Shown one piece after another: positions 11,601 through 26,200 of a stretch of 64,000 nucleotides of DNA. The notes below the pieces were generated by a model. The model searched no databases, was not told the DNA's origin, and saw nothing but the letters and a program-made list of their open reading frames with translations. The stretch is from the NCBI GenBank assembly GCA_964016885.1, contig OZ024742.1, positions 222,828,001 to 222,892,000 of the forward strand, in the 5' to 3' direction. The position numbers were made by a program, and so were the translations under genes. Position 1 is the first letter of the stretch. Every line of letters begins with the position of its first letter. Source of the stretch: Eledone cirrhosa. Its lineage: Eukaryota.

Positions 11601-14600
11601 AGCTGTATGGTAGACATAGATGTACAGAAACTCTTCTTCTGCCTGGTAGCTATAGTGAAAGAAGCTGTATGGTAGACATGGATGTACAGAAACTCTTCCT
11701 CTGCCTGGTAGCTATAGTGAAAGAAGCTGTATGGTAGACATGGATGTACAGAAACTCTTCTTCTGTCTGGTAGCTATAGTGAAAGAAGCTGTATGGTAGA
11801 CATGGATGTACAGAAACTCTTCTTCTGTCTGGTAGCTATAGTGAAAGAAGCTGTATGGTAGACATGGATGTACAGAAACTCTTCTTCTGTCTGGTAGCTA
11901 TAGTCAAAGAAGCTGTATGGTAGACATGGATGTACAGAAACTCTTCTTCTGTCTGGTAGCTATAGTGAAAGAAGCTGTATGGTAGACATGGATGTACAGA
12001 AACTCTTCCTCTGCCTGGTAGCTATAGTGAAAGAAGCTGTATGGTAGACATGGATGTACAGAAACTCTTCTTCTGTCTGGTAGCTATAGTGAAAGAAGCT
12101 GTATGGTAGACATGGATGTACAGAAACTCTTCCTCTGCCTGGTAGCTATAGTGAAAGAAGCTGTATGGTAGACATGGATGTACAGAAACTCTTCTTCTGT
12201 CTGGTAGCTATAGTCAAAGAAGCTGTATGGTAGACATGGATGTACAGAAACTCATCCTCTGCCTGGTAGCTATAGTGAAAGAAGCTGTATGGTAGACATA
12301 GACGTACAGAAACTCTTCTGCCTGGTAGCTATAGTGAAAGAAGCTGTATGGTAGACATGGATGTACAGAAATTCTTCGTCTGCCTGGTAGCTATAGTGAA
12401 AGAAGCTGTATGGTAGACATGGATGTACAGAAACTCTTCTTCTGCCCGGTAGCTATAGTGAAAGAAGCTGTATGGTAGACATGGATGTACAGAAACTCTC
12501 CCTCTGCCTGGTAGCTATAGTGAAAGAAGCTGTATGGTAGACATGAATGTACAGAAACTCTTCTTCTGTCTGGTAGCTATAGTGAAAGAAGCTGTATGGT
12601 AGACATGGATGTACAGAAACTCTTCCTCTGCCTGGTAGCTATAGTGAAAGAAGATGTATGGTAGACATGAACGTACAGAAACTCTTCTTCTGTCTGGTAG
12701 CTATAGTGAAAGAAGCTGTATGGTAGACATAGACGTACAGAAACTCTTCTGCCTGGTAGCTATAGTGAAAGAAGCTGTATGGTAGACATGGATGTACAGA
12801 AACTCTTCTTCTGCCTGGTAGCTATAGTGAAAGAAGCTGTATGGTAGACATGGATGTACAGAAACTCTTCTGCTGCCAGGTAGCTATAGTGAAAGAAGCT
12901 GTATGGTAGACATGGATGTACAGAAACTCTTCCTCTGTCTGGTAGCTATAGTGAAAGAAGCTGTATGGTAGACATGGATGTACAGAAACTCTTCTTCTGC
13001 CCGGTAGCTATAGTGAAAGAAGCTGTATGGTAGACATGGATGTACAGAAACTCTTCCTCTGTCTGGTAGCTATAGTGAAAGAAGCTGTATGGTAGACATG
13101 GATGTACAGAAACTCTTCTGCTGCCTGGTAGCTATAGTGAAAGAAGCTGTATGGTAGACATGGATGTACAGAAACTCTTCTGCTGCCTGGTAGCTATAGT
13201 GAAAGAAGCTGTATGGTAGACATGGATGTACAGAAACTCTTCCTCTGTCTGGTAGCTATAGTGAAAGAAGCTGTATGGTAGACATGGATGTACAGAAACT
13301 CTTCTTCTGCCCGGTAGCTATAGTGAAAGAAGCTGTATGGTAGACATGGATGTACAGAAACTCTTCCTCTGTCTGGTAGCTATAGTGAAAGAAGCTGTAT
13401 GGTAGACATGGATGTACAGAAACTCTTCTGCTGCCTGGTAGCTATAGTGAAAGAAGCTGTATGGTAGACATGGATGTACAGAAACTCTTCTGCTGCCTGG
13501 TAGCTATAGTGAAAGAAGCTGTATGGTAGACATGGATGTACAGAAACTCTTCCTCTGCCTGGTAGCTATAGTGAAAGAAGCTTTATGGTAGACATGGATG
13601 TACAGAAACTCTTCCTCTGCCTGGTAGCTATAGTGAAAGAAGCTTTATGGTAGACATGGATGTACAGAAACTCTTCCTCTGCCCGGTAGCTATAGTGAAA
13701 GAAGCTGTATGGTAGACATGGATGTACAGAAACTCTTCTGCCTGGTAGCTATAGTGAAAGAAGCTGTATGGTAGACATGGATGTACAGAAATTCTTCGTC
13801 TGCCTGGTAGCTATAGTGAAAGAAGCTGTATGGTAGACATGAATGTACAGAAACTCTTCTTCTGTTTGGTAGCTATAGTGAAAGAAGCTGTATGGTAGAC
13901 ATGGATGTACAGAAACTCTTCTTCTGCCTGGTAGCTATAGTGAAAGAAGCTTTATGGTAGACATGGATGTACAGAAACTCTTCCTCTGCCTGGTAGCTAT
14001 AGTGAAAGAAGCTGTATGGTAGACATAGATGTACAGAAACTCTTCTTCTGCCTGGTAGCTATAGTGAAAGAAGCTGTATGGTAGACATGGATGTACAGAA
14101 ATTCTTCGTCTGCCTGGTAGCTATAGTGAAAGAAGCTGTATGGTAGACATGGATGTACAGAAACTCTTCCTCTGCCTGGTAGCTATAGTGAAAGAAGCTG
14201 TATGGTAGACATGGATGTACAGAAACTCTTCCTCTGCCTGGTAGCTATAGTGAAAGAAGCTGTATGGTAGACATGGATGTACAGAAAGTCTTCCTCTGTC
14301 TGGTAGCTATAGTGAAAGAAGCTTTATGGTAGACATGGATGTACAGAAACTCTTCCTCTGCCTGGTAGCTATAGTGAAAGAAGCTGTATGGTAGACATGG
14401 ATGTACAGAAACTCTTCCTCTGCCTGGTAGCTATAGTGAAAGAAGCTGTATGGTAGACATGGATGTACAGAAACTCTTCCTCTGTCTGGTAGCTATAGTG
14501 AAAGAAGCTGTATGGTAGACATGGATGTACAGAAACTCTTCTTCTGCCCGGTAGCTATAGTGAAAGAAGCTCTATGGTAGACATAGATGTACAGAAACTC

Positions 14601-17600
14601 TTCTTCTGCCTGGTAGCTATAGTGAAAGAAGCTGTATGGTAGACATGGATGTACAGAAACTCTTCCTCTGCCTGGTAGCTATAGTGAAAGAAGCTGTATG
14701 ATAGACATGGATGTACAGAAACTCTTCTTCTGTCTGGTAGCTATAGTCAAAGAAGCTGTATGGTAGACATGGATGTACAGAAACTCATCCTCTGCCTGGT
14801 AGCTATAGTCAAAGAAGCTGTATGGTAGACATGGATGTACAGAAACTCATCCTCTGCCTGGTAACTATAGTGAAAGAAGCTGTATGGTAGACATAGATGT
14901 ACAGAAACTCTTCTGCCTGGTAGCTATAGTGAAAGAAGCTGTATGGTAGACATGGATGTACAGAAATTCTTCGTCTGCCTGGTAGCTATAGTGAAAGAAG
15001 CTGTATGGTAGACATGAATGTACAGAAACTCTTCTTCTGTCTGGTAGCTATAGTGAAAGAAGCTGTATGGTAGATATGGATGTACAGAAACTCTTCCTCT
15101 GCCTGGTAGCTATAGTGAAAGAAGCTGTATGGTAGACATGGATGTACAGAAACTCTTCCTCTATCTGGTAGCTATAGTGAAAGAAGCTGTATGGTAGACA
15201 TGGATGTACAGAAACTCTTCTTCTGCCCGGTAGCTATAGTGAAAGAAGCTGTATGGTAGACATGGATGTACAGAAACTCTTCTTCTGTCTGGTAGCTATA
15301 GTGAAAGAAGCTGTATGGTAGACATGGATGTACAGAAACTCTTCTTCTGCCCGGTAGCTATAGTGAAAGAAGCTGTATGGTAGACATAGATGTACAGAAA
15401 CTCTTCTTCTGCCTGGTAGCTATAGTGAAAGAAGCTGTATGGTAGACATGGATGTACAGAAACTCTTCCTCTGCCTGGTAGCTATAGTGAAAGAAGCTGT
15501 ATGGTAGACATGGATGTACAGAAACTCTTCTTCTGTCTGGTAGCTATAGTCAAAGAAGCTGTATGGTAGACATGGATGTACAGAAACTCATCCTCTGCCT
15601 GGTAGCTATAGTGAAAGAAGCTGTATGGTAGACATAGACGTACAGAAACTCTTCTGCCTGGTAGCTATAGTGAAAGAAGCTGTATGGTAGACATGGATGT
15701 ACAGAAATTCTTCGTCTGCCTGGTAGCTATAGTGAAAGAAGCTGTATGGTAGACATGGATGTACAGAAACTCTTCTTCTGCCCGGTAGCTATAGTGAAAG
15801 AAGCTGTATGGTAGACATGGATGTACAGAAACTCTTCCTCTGCCTGGTAACTATAGTGAAAGAAGCTGTATGGTAGACATGAATGTACAGAAACTCTTCT
15901 TCTGTCTGGTAGCTATAGTGAAAGAAGCTGTATGGTAGATATGGATGTACAGGAAGTCTTCCTCTGCCTGGTAGCTATAGTGAAAGAAGCTGTATGGTAG
16001 ACATGGATGTACAGAAACTCTTCCTCTGCCTGGTAGCTATAGTGAAAGAAGATGTATGGTAGACATGAACGTACAGAAACTCTTCTTCTGTCTGGTAGCT
16101 ATAGTGAAAGAAGCTGTATGGTAGACATGGATGTACAGGAACTCTTCTGCCCGGTAGCTATAGTGAAAGAAGCTGTATGGTAGACATGGATGTACAGAAA
16201 GTCTTCCTCTGCCTGGTAGCTATAGTGAAAGAAGCTGTATGGTAGACATGGATGTACAGAAACTCTTCCTCTGTCTGGTAGCTATAGTGAAAGAAGCTGT
16301 ATGGTAGACATGGATGTACAGAAACTCTTCCTCTGCCTGGTAGCTATAGTGAAAGAAGCTGTATGGTAGACATGGATGTACAGAAACTCTTCCTCTGCCT
16401 GGTAGCTATAGTGAAAGAAGCTGTATGGTAGACATGGATGTACAGAAACTCTTCTTCTGCCTGGTAGCTATAGTGAAAGAAGCTGTATGGTAGACATGGA
16501 TGTACAGAAACTCTTCTTCTGCCTGGTAGCTATAGTGAAAGAAGCTGTATGGTAGACATGGATGTACAGAAAGTCTTCCTCTGCCCGGTAGCTATAGTGA
16601 AATAAGCTGTATGGTAGACATGGATGTACAGAAACTCTTCCTCTGCCTGGTAGCTATAGTGAAAGAAGCTGTATGGTAGACATGGATGTACAGAAAGTCT
16701 TCCTCTGCCTGGTAGCTATAGTGAAAGAAGCTGTATGGTAGACATGAACGTACAGAAACTCTTCTTCTGTCTGGTAGCTATAGTGAAAGAAGCTGTATGG
16801 TAGATATGGATGTACAGAAAGTCTTCCTCTGCCTGGTAGCTATAGTGAAAGAAGCCGTATGGTAGACATGGATGTACAGAAAATCTTCCTCTGTCTGGTA
16901 GCTATAGTGAAAGAAGCTGTATGGTTGACATGGATGTACAGAAACTCTTCCTCTGCCTGGTAGCTATAGTGAAAGAAGCTGTATGGTAGACATGGATGTA
17001 CAGAAACTCTTCTTCTGTCTGGTAGCTATAGTGAAAGAAGCTGTATGGTAGACATAGATGTACAGAAACTCTTCTTCTGCCTGGTAGCTATAGTGAAAGA
17101 AGCTGTATGGTAGACATAGATGTACAGGAACTCTTCTGCTGCCTGGTAGCTATAGTGAAAGAAGCTGTATGGTAGACATGAACGTACAGAAACTCTTCTT
17201 CTGTCTGGTAGCTATAGTGAAAGAAGCTGTATGGTAGACATAGATGTACAGAAACTCTTCTTCTGCCTGGTAGCTATAGTGAAAGAAGCTGTATGGTAGA
17301 CATGGATGTACAGAAACTCTTACTCTGTCTGGTAGCTATAGTGAAAGAAGCTGTATGGTAGACATGGATGTACAGAAACTCTTCCTCTGTCTGGTAGCTA
17401 TAGTGAAAGAAGCTGTATGGTAGACATGGATGTACAGAAACTCTTCTTCTGCCTGGTAGCTATAGTGAAAGAAGCTGTATGGTAGACATGGATGTACAGA
17501 AACTCTTCCTCTGTCTGGTAGCTATAGTGAAAGAAGCTGTATGGTAGACATGGATGTACAGAAACTCTTCTTCTGCCCGGTAGCTATAGTGAAAGAAGCT

Positions 17601-20200
17601 GTATGGTAGACATAGATGTACAGAAACTCTTCTTCTGCCTGGTAGCTATAGTGAAAGAAGCTTTATGGTAGACATGGATGTACAGAAACTCTTCCTCTGT
17701 CTGGTAGCTATAGTGAAAGAAGCTGTATGGTAGACATGGATGTACAGAAACTCTTCTTCTGCCCGGTAGCTATAGTGAAAGAAGCTGTATGGTAGACATG
17801 GATGTACAGAAACTCTTCCTCTGTCTGGTAGCTATAGTGAAAGAAGCTGTATGGTAGACATGGATGTACAGAAACTCTTCTGCTGCCTGGTAGCTATAGT
17901 GAAAGAAGCTGTATGGTAGACATGGATGTACAGAAACTCTTCCTCTGCCTGGTAGCTATAGTGAAAGAAGCTTTATGGTAGACATGGATGTACAGAAACT
18001 CTTCCTCTGCCTGGTAGCTATAGTGAAAGAAGCTTTATGGTAGACATGGATGTACAGAAACTCTTCTTCTGTCTGGTAGCTATAGTCAAAGAAGCTGTAT
18101 GGTAGACATGGATGTACAGAAACTCATCCTCTGCCTGGTAACTATAGTGAAAGAAGCTGTATGGTAGACATAGATGTACAGAAACTCTTCTGCCTGGTAG
18201 CTATAGTGAAAGAAGCTGTATGGTAGACATGGATGTACAGAAATTCTTCGTCTGCCTGGTAGCTATAGTGAAAGAAGCTGTATGGTAGACATGAATGTAC
18301 AGAAACTCTTCTTCTGTCTGGTAGCTATAGTGAAAGAAGCTGTATGGTAGATATGGATGTACAGAAACTCTTCCTCTGCCTGGTAGCTATAGTGAAAGAA
18401 GCTGTATGGTAGACATGGATGTACAGAAATTCTTCGTCTGCCTGGTAGCTATAGTGAAAGAAGCTGTATGGTAGACATGAATGTACAGAAACTCTTCTTC
18501 TGTCTGGTAGCTATAGTGAAAGAAGCTGTATGGTAGATATGGATGTACAGAAACTCTTCCTCTGCCTGGTAGCTATAGTGAAAGAAGCTGTATGGTAGAC
18601 ATGGATGTACAGAAACTCTTCCTCTGTCTGGTAGCTATAGTGAAAGAAGCTGTATGGTAGACATGGATGTACAGAAACTCTTCTTCTGCCTGGTAGCTAT
18701 AGTGAAAGAAGCTGTATGGTAGACATGGATGTACAGAAACTCTTCCTCTGCCTGGTAGCTATAGTGAAAGAAGCTGTATGGTAGACATGGATGTACAGAA
18801 ACTCTTCTTCTGTCTGGTAGCTATAGTCAAAGAAGCTGTATGGTAGACATGGATGTACAGAAACTCATCCTCTGCCTGGTAACTATAGTGAAAGAAGCTG
18901 TATGGTAGACATAGATGTACAGAAACTCTTCTGCCTGGTAGCTATAGTGAAAGAAGCTGTATGGTAGACATGGATGTACAGAAATTCTTCGTCTGCCTGG
19001 TAGCTATAGTGAAAGAAGCTGTATGGTAGACATGAATGTACAGAAACTCTTCTTCTGTCTGGTAGCTATAGTGAAAGAAGCTGTATGGTAGATATGGATG
19101 TACAGAAACTCTTCCTCTGCCTGGTAGCTATAGTGAAAGAAGCTGTATGGTAGACATGGATGTACAGAAACTCTTCCTCTATCTGGTAGCTATAGTGAAA
19201 GAAGCTGTATGGTAGACATGGATGTACAGAAACTCTTCTTCTGCCCGGTAGCTATAGTGAAAGAAGCTGTATGGTAGACATGGATGTACAGAAACTCTTC
19301 TGTCTGGTAGCTATAGTGAAAGAAGCTGTATGGTAGACATGGATGTACAGAAACTCTTCTTCTGCCCGGTAGCTATAGTGAAAGAAGCTGTATGGTAGAC
19401 ATAGATGTACAGAAACTCTTCTTCTGCCTGGTAGCTATAGTGAAAGAAGCTGTATGGTAGACATGGATGTACAGAAACTCTTCCTCTGCCTGGTAGCTAT
19501 AGTGAAAGAAGCTGTATGGTAGACATGGATGTACAGAAACTCTTCTTCTGTCTGGTAGCTATAGTCAAAGAAGCTGTATGGTAGACATGGATGTACAGAA
19601 ACTCATCCTCTGCCTGGTAGCTATAGTGAAAGAAGCTGTATGGTAGACATAGACGTACAGAAACTCTTCTGCCTGGTAGCTATAGTGAAAGAAGCTGTAT
19701 GGTAGACATGGATGTACAGAAATTCTTCGTCTGCCTGGTAGCTATAGTGAAAGAAGCTGTATGGTAGACATGGATGTACAGAAACTCTTCTTCTGCCCGG
19801 TAGCTATAGTGAAAGAAGCTGTATGGTAGACATGGATGTACAGAAACTCTCCCTCTGCCTGGTAGCTATAGTGAAAGAAGCTGTATGGTAGACATGGATG
19901 TACAGAAACTCTTCTTCTGCCTGGTAGCTATAGTGAAAGAAGATGTATGGTAGACATGAACGTACAGAAACTCTTCTTCTGTCTGGTAGCTATAGTGAAA
20001 GAAGCTGTATGGTAGACATAGATGTACAGAAACTCTTCTTCTGCCTGGTAGCTATAGTGAAAGAAGCTGTATGGTAGACATGGATGTACAGAAACTCTTC
20101 CTCTGCCTGGTAGCTATAGTGAAAGAAGCTGTATGGTAGACATGGATGTACAGAAACTCTTCTGCTGCCTGGTAACTATAGTGAAAGAAGCTGTATGGTA
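5690..20200. repeat. Imperfect tandem duplication with ~7.17 kb period (about 5.7-12.85 kb versus 12.85-20.2 kb)
   Basis: TGCTGCCAGG at 5710 and 12878, and TGGTTGAC at 9758 and 16926, both have offset 7168. GCTCTA at 7466 and 14572 has offset 7106, one monomer less. Confidence 0.88.
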
Positions 20201-20299
20201 GACATGAATGTACAGAAACTCTTCTTCTGTCTGGTAGCTATAGTGAAAGAAGCTGTATGGTAGATATGGATGCACAGAAACTCTTCCTCTGCCCGGTAG

Positions 20300-23200
20300 C
20301 TATAGTGAAAGAAGCTGTATGGTAGACATGGGATACAGGAACTCTTCTGCCCGGTAGCTATAGTGAAAGAAGCTGTATGGTAGACATGGATGTACAGAAA
20401 GTCTTCCTCCGCCTGGTAGCTATAGTGAAAGAAGCTGTATGGTAGACATGGATGTACAGAAACTCTTCCTCTACCTGGTAGCTATAGTGAAAGAAGCTTT
20501 ATGGTAGACATGGATGTACAGAAACTCTTCCTCTGTCTGGTAGCTATAGTGAAAGAAGCTGTATGGTAGACATGGATGTACAGAAACTCTTCCTCTGCCT
20601 GGTAGCTATAGTGAAAGAAGCTGTATGGTAGACATGGATGTACAGAAACTCTTCCTCTACCTGGTAGCTATAGTGAAAGAAGCTTTATGGTAGACATGGA
20701 TGTACAGAAACTCTTCCTCTGTCTGGTAGCTATAGTGAAAGAAGCTGTATGGTAGACATGGATGTACAGAAACTCTTCTTCTGCCCGGTAGCTATAGTGA
20801 AAGAAGCTGTATGGTAGACATGGATGTACAGAAACTCTTCCTCTGTCTGGTAGCTATAGTGAAAGAAGCTGTATGGTAGACATGGATGTACAGAAACTCT
20901 TCTGCTGCCTGGTAGCTATAGTGAAAGAAGCTGTATGGTAGACATGGATGTACAGAAACTCTTCTTCTGCCTGGTAGCTATAGTGAAGGAAGCTGTATGG
21001 TAGACATGAATGTACAGAAACTCTTCTTCTGTCTGGTAGCTATAGTGAAAGAAGCTGTATGGTAGACATGGATGTACAGAAACTCTTCCTCTGCCTGGTA
21101 GCTATAGTGAAGGAAGCTGTATGGTAGACATGAATGTACAGAAACTCTTCTTCTGTCTGGTAGCTATAGTGAAAGAAGCTGTATGGTAGACATGGATGTA
21201 CAGAAACTCTTCCTCTGCCTGGTAGCTATAGTGAAAGAAGCTGTATGGTAGACATGGATGTACAGAAACTCTTCTTCTGCCCGGTAGCTATAGTGAAAGA
21301 AGCTGTATGGTAGACATGGATGTACAGAAACTCTTCTGCCCGGTAGCTATAGTGAAAGAAGCTGTATGGTAGACATGGATGTACAGAAAGTCTTCCTCTG
21401 CCTGGTAGCTATAGTGAAAGAAGCTGTATGGTAGACATGGATGTACAGAAACTCTTCTGCTGCCTGGTAGCTATAGTGAAAGAAGCTGTATGGTAGACAT
21501 GGATGTACAGAAACTCTTCCTCTGTCTGGTAGCTATAGTGAAAGAAGCTGTATGGTAGACATGGATGTACAGAAACTCTTCCTCTGCCTGGTAGCTATAG
21601 TGAAAGAAGCTGTATGGTAGACATGGATGTACAGAAACTCTTCCTCTGCCTGGTAGCTATAGTGAAAGAAGCTGTATGGTAGACATGGATGTACAGAAAC
21701 TCTTCCTCTGTCTGGTAGCTATAGTGAAAGAAGCTGTATGGTAGACATGGATGTACAGAAACTCTTCCTCTGCCTGGTAGCTATAGTGAAAGAAGCTGTA
21801 TGGTAGACATGGATGTACAGAAACTCTTCTTCTGTCTGGTAGCTATAGTCAAAGAAGCTGTATGGTAGACATGGATGTACAGAAACTCTTCCTCTGCCCG
21901 GTAGCTATAGTGAAAGAAGCTGTATGGTAGACATGGATGTACAGAAACTCTTCTACTGCCTGGTAGCTATAGTGAAAGAAGCTGTATGGTAGACATGGAT
22001 GTACAGAAACTCTTCCTCTGTCTGGTAGCTATAGTGAAAGAAGCTGTATGGTAGACATGGATGTACAGAAACTCTTCCTCTGCCTGGTAACTATAGTGAA
22101 AGAAGCTGTATGGTAGACATGGATGTACAGAAACTCTTCCTCTGCCCGGTAGCTATAGTGAAAGAAGCTGTATGGTAGACATGGATGTACAGAAACTCTT
22201 CCTCTGCCTGGTAGCTATAGTGAAAGAAGCTGTATGGTAGACATGGATGTACAGAAACTCTTCCTCTGCCTGGTAGCTATAGTGAAAGAAGCTGTATGGT
22301 AGACATGGATGTACAGAAACTCTTCCTCTGCCTGGTAACTATAGTGAAAGAAGCTGTATGGTAGACATGGATGTACAGAAACTCTTCCTCTGCCCGGTAG
22401 CTATAGTGAAAGAAGATGTATGGTAGACATGGATGTACAGAAACTCTTCCTCTGCCCGGTAGCTATAGTGAAAGAAGCTGTATGGTAGACATGGATGTAC
22501 AGAAACTCTTCCTCTGCCTGGTAGCTATAGTGAAAGAAGCTGTATGGTAGACATGGATGTACAGAAACTCTTCCTCTGCCTGGTAGCTATAGTGAAAGAA
22601 GCTGTATGGTAGACATGAATGTACAGAAACTCTTCTTCTGTCTGGTAGCTATAGTGAAAGAAGCTGTATGGTAGACATGGATGTACAGAAAGTCTTCCTC
22701 TGCCTGGTAGCTATAGTGAAAGAAGCTGTATGGTAGACATGGATGTACAGAAAGTCTTCCTCTGCCTGGTAGCTATAGTGAAAGAAGCTGTATGGTAGAC
22801 ATGGATGTACAGAAACTCTTCTTCTGTCTGGTAACTATAGTGAAAGAAGCTGTATGGTAGACATGGATGTACAGAAACTCTTCTTCTGCCCGGTAGCTAT
22901 AGTGAAAGAAGCTGTATGGTAGACATGGATGTACAGAAACTCTTCCTCTGTCTGGTAGCTATAGTGAAAGAAGCTGTATGGTAGACATGGATGTACAGAA
23001 ACTCTTCTTCTGCCCGGTAGCTATAGTGAAAGAAGCTGTATGGTAGACATGGATGTACAGAAACTCTTCCTCTGTCTGGTAGCTATAGTGAAAGAAGCTG
23101 TATGGTAGACATGGATGTACAGAAACTCTTCTTCTGCCCGGTAGCTATAGTGAAAGAAGCTGTATGGTAGACATGGATGTACAGAAACTCTTCCTCTGTC

Positions 23201-26200
23201 TGGTAGCTATAGTGAAAGAAGCTGTATGGTAGACATGGATGTACAGAAACTCTTCCTCTGCCTGGTAGCTATAGTGAAAGAAGCTGTATGGTAGACATGG
23301 ATGTACAGAAACTCTTCCTCTGCCTGGTAGCTATAGTGAAAGAAGCTGTATGGTAGACATGGATGTACAGAAACTCTTCCTCTGCCTGGTAGCTATAGTG
23401 AAAGAAGCTGTATGGTAGACATGAATGTACAGAAACTCTTCTTCTGTCTGGTAGCTATAGTGAAAGAAGCTGTATGGTAGACATGGATGTACAGAAAGTC
23501 TTCCTCTGCCTGGTAGCTATAGTGAAAGAAGCTGTATGGTAGACATGGATGTACAGAAACTCTTCCTCTGTCTGGTAGCTATAGTGAAAGAAGCTGTATG
23601 GTAGACATGGATGTACAGAAACTCTTCCTCTGCCTGGTAGCTATAGTGAAAGAAGCTGTATGGTAGACATGGATGTACAGAAACTCTTCTTCTGTCTGGT
23701 AACTATAGTGAAAGAAGCTGTATGGTAGACATGGATGTACAGAAACTCTTCCTCTGTCTGGTAACTATAGTGAAAGAAGCTGTATGGTAGACATGGATGT
23801 GCAGAAACTCTTCTTCTCTCTGGTAGCTATAGTGAAAGAAGCTGTATGGTAGACATGGATGTACAGAAACTCTTCCTCTGTCTGGTAGCTATTGTGAAAG
23901 AAGCTGTATGGTAGACATGGATGTACAGAAACTCTTCCTCTGCCTGGTAGCTATAGTGAAAGAAGCTTTATGGTAGACATGGATGTACAGAAACTCTTCC
24001 TCTGTCTGGTAGCTATAGTGAAAGAAGCTGTATGGTAGACATGGATGTACAGAAACTCTTCTTCTGCCCGGTAGCTATAGTGAAAGAAGCTGTATGGTAG
24101 ACATGGATGTACAGAAACTCTTCCCCTGTCTGGTAGCTATAGTGAAAGAAGCTGTATGGTAGACATGGATGTACAGAAACTCTTCTGCTGCCTGGTAGCT
24201 ATAGTGAAAGAAGCTGTATGGTAGACATGGATGTACAGAAACTCTTCCTCTGTCTGGTAGCTATAGTGAAAGAAGCTGTATGGTAGACATGGATGTACAG
24301 AAACTCTTCTTCTGCCCGGTAGCTATAGTGAAAGAAGCTGTATGGTAGACATGGATGTACAGAAACTTTTCCTCTGCCTGGTAGCTATAGTGAAAGAAAC
24401 TTTATGGTAGACATGGATGTACAGAAACTCTTCCTCTGCCTGGTAGCTATAGTGAAAGAAGCTGTATGGTAGACATGGATGTACAGAAACTCTTCCTCTG
24501 CCTGGTAGCTATAGTGAAAGAAGCTGTATGGTAGACATGAATGTACAGAAACTCTTCCTCTGTCTGGTAGCTATAGTGAAAGAAGCTGTATGGTAGACAT
24601 GGATGTACAGAAACTCTTCTTCTGCCCGGTAGCTATAGTGAAAGAAGCTGTATGGTAGACATGGATGTACAGAAACTCTTCCTCTGTCTGGTAGCTATAG
24701 TGAAAGAAGCTGTATGGTAGACATGGATGTACAGAAACTCTTCTGCTGCCTGGTAGCTATAGTGAAAGAAGCTGTATGGTAGACATGGATGTACAGAAAC
24801 TCTTCCTCTGCCTGGTAGCTATAGTGAAAGAAGCTGTATGGTAGACATGGATGTACAGAAACTCTTCCTCTGCCTGGTAGCTATAGTGAAAGAAGCTTTA
24901 TGGTAGACATGGATGTACAGAAACTCTTCCTCTGCCTGGTAGCTATAGTGAAAGAAGCTTTATGGTAGACATGGATGTACAGAAACTCTTCCTCTGCCCG
25001 GTAGCTATAGTGAAAGAAGCTGTATGGTAGACATGGATGTACAGAAACTCTTCCTCTGCCTGGTAGCTATAGTGAAAGAAGCTTTATGGTAGACATGGAT
25101 GTACAGAAACTCTTCCTCTGCCTGGTAGCTATAGTGAAAGAAGCTTTATGGTAGACATGGATGTACAGAAACTCTTCCTCTGCCCGGTAGCTATAGTGAA
25201 AGAAGCTGTATGGTAGACATGGATGTACAGGAACTCTTCTGCCCGGTAGCTATAGTGAAAGAAGCTGTATGGTAGACATGGATGTACAGAAAGTCTTCCT
25301 CCGCCTGGTAGCTATAGTGAAAGAAGCTGTATGGTAGACATGGATGTACAGAAACTCTTCCTCTGCCTGGTAGCTATAGTGAAAGAAGCTGTATGGTAGA
25401 CATGGATGTACAGAAAGTCTTCCTCCGCCTGGTAGCTATAGTGAAAGAAGCTGTATGGTAGACATGGATGTACAGAAACTCTTCCTCTGCCTGGTAGCTA
25501 TAGTGAAAGAAGCTGTATGGTAGACATGGATGTACAGAAAGTCTTCCTCCGCCTGGTAGCTATAGTGAAAGAAGCTGTATGGTAGACATGGATGTACAGA
25601 AACTCTTCCTCTGCCTGGTAGCTATAGTGAAAGAAGCTGTATGGTAGACATGGATGTACAGAAAGTCTTCCTCCGCCTGGTAGCTATAGTGAAAGAAGCT
25701 GTATGGTAGACATGGATGTACAGAAACTCTTCCTCTGCCTGGTAGCTATAGTGAAAGAAGCTGTATGGTAGACATGGATGTACAGAAACTCTTCCTCTGC
25801 CTGGTAGCTATAGTGAAAGAAGCTGTATGGTAGACATGAATGTACAGAAACTCTTCCTCTGTCTGGTAGCTATAGTGAAAGAAGCTGTATGGTAGACATG
25901 GATGTACAGAAACTCTTCTTCTGCCCGGTAGCTATAGTGAAAGAAGCTGTATGGTAGACATGGATGTACAGAAACTCTTCCTCTGTCTGGTAGCTATAGT
26001 GAAAGAAGCTGTATGGTAGACATGGATGTACAGAAACTCTTCTGCTGCCCGGTAGCTATAGTGAAAGAAGCTGTATGGTAGACATGGATGTACAGAAACT
26101 CTTCTTCTGCCCGGTAGCTATAGTGAAAGAAGCTGTATGGTAGACATGGATGTACAGAAACTCTTCCTCTGCCTGGTAGCTATAGTGAAAGAAGCTGTAT

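Larger units (their letters stand above)
1..15041. repeat. Copy 1 of a ~15 kb segmental (higher-order) duplication within the array
   Basis: Rare variants at 1160 (GCTCTA), 1289 (TGATAG), 2352 (GATATAC), 3966 (GAACGTC) and 4310 (GAATCTG) recur at 50863, 50992, 52055, 53669 and 54013, a constant offset of 49703. Later markers have offsets of 49455, 49765, 49021 and 48959, which differ by whole multiples of 62. Confidence 0.93.
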
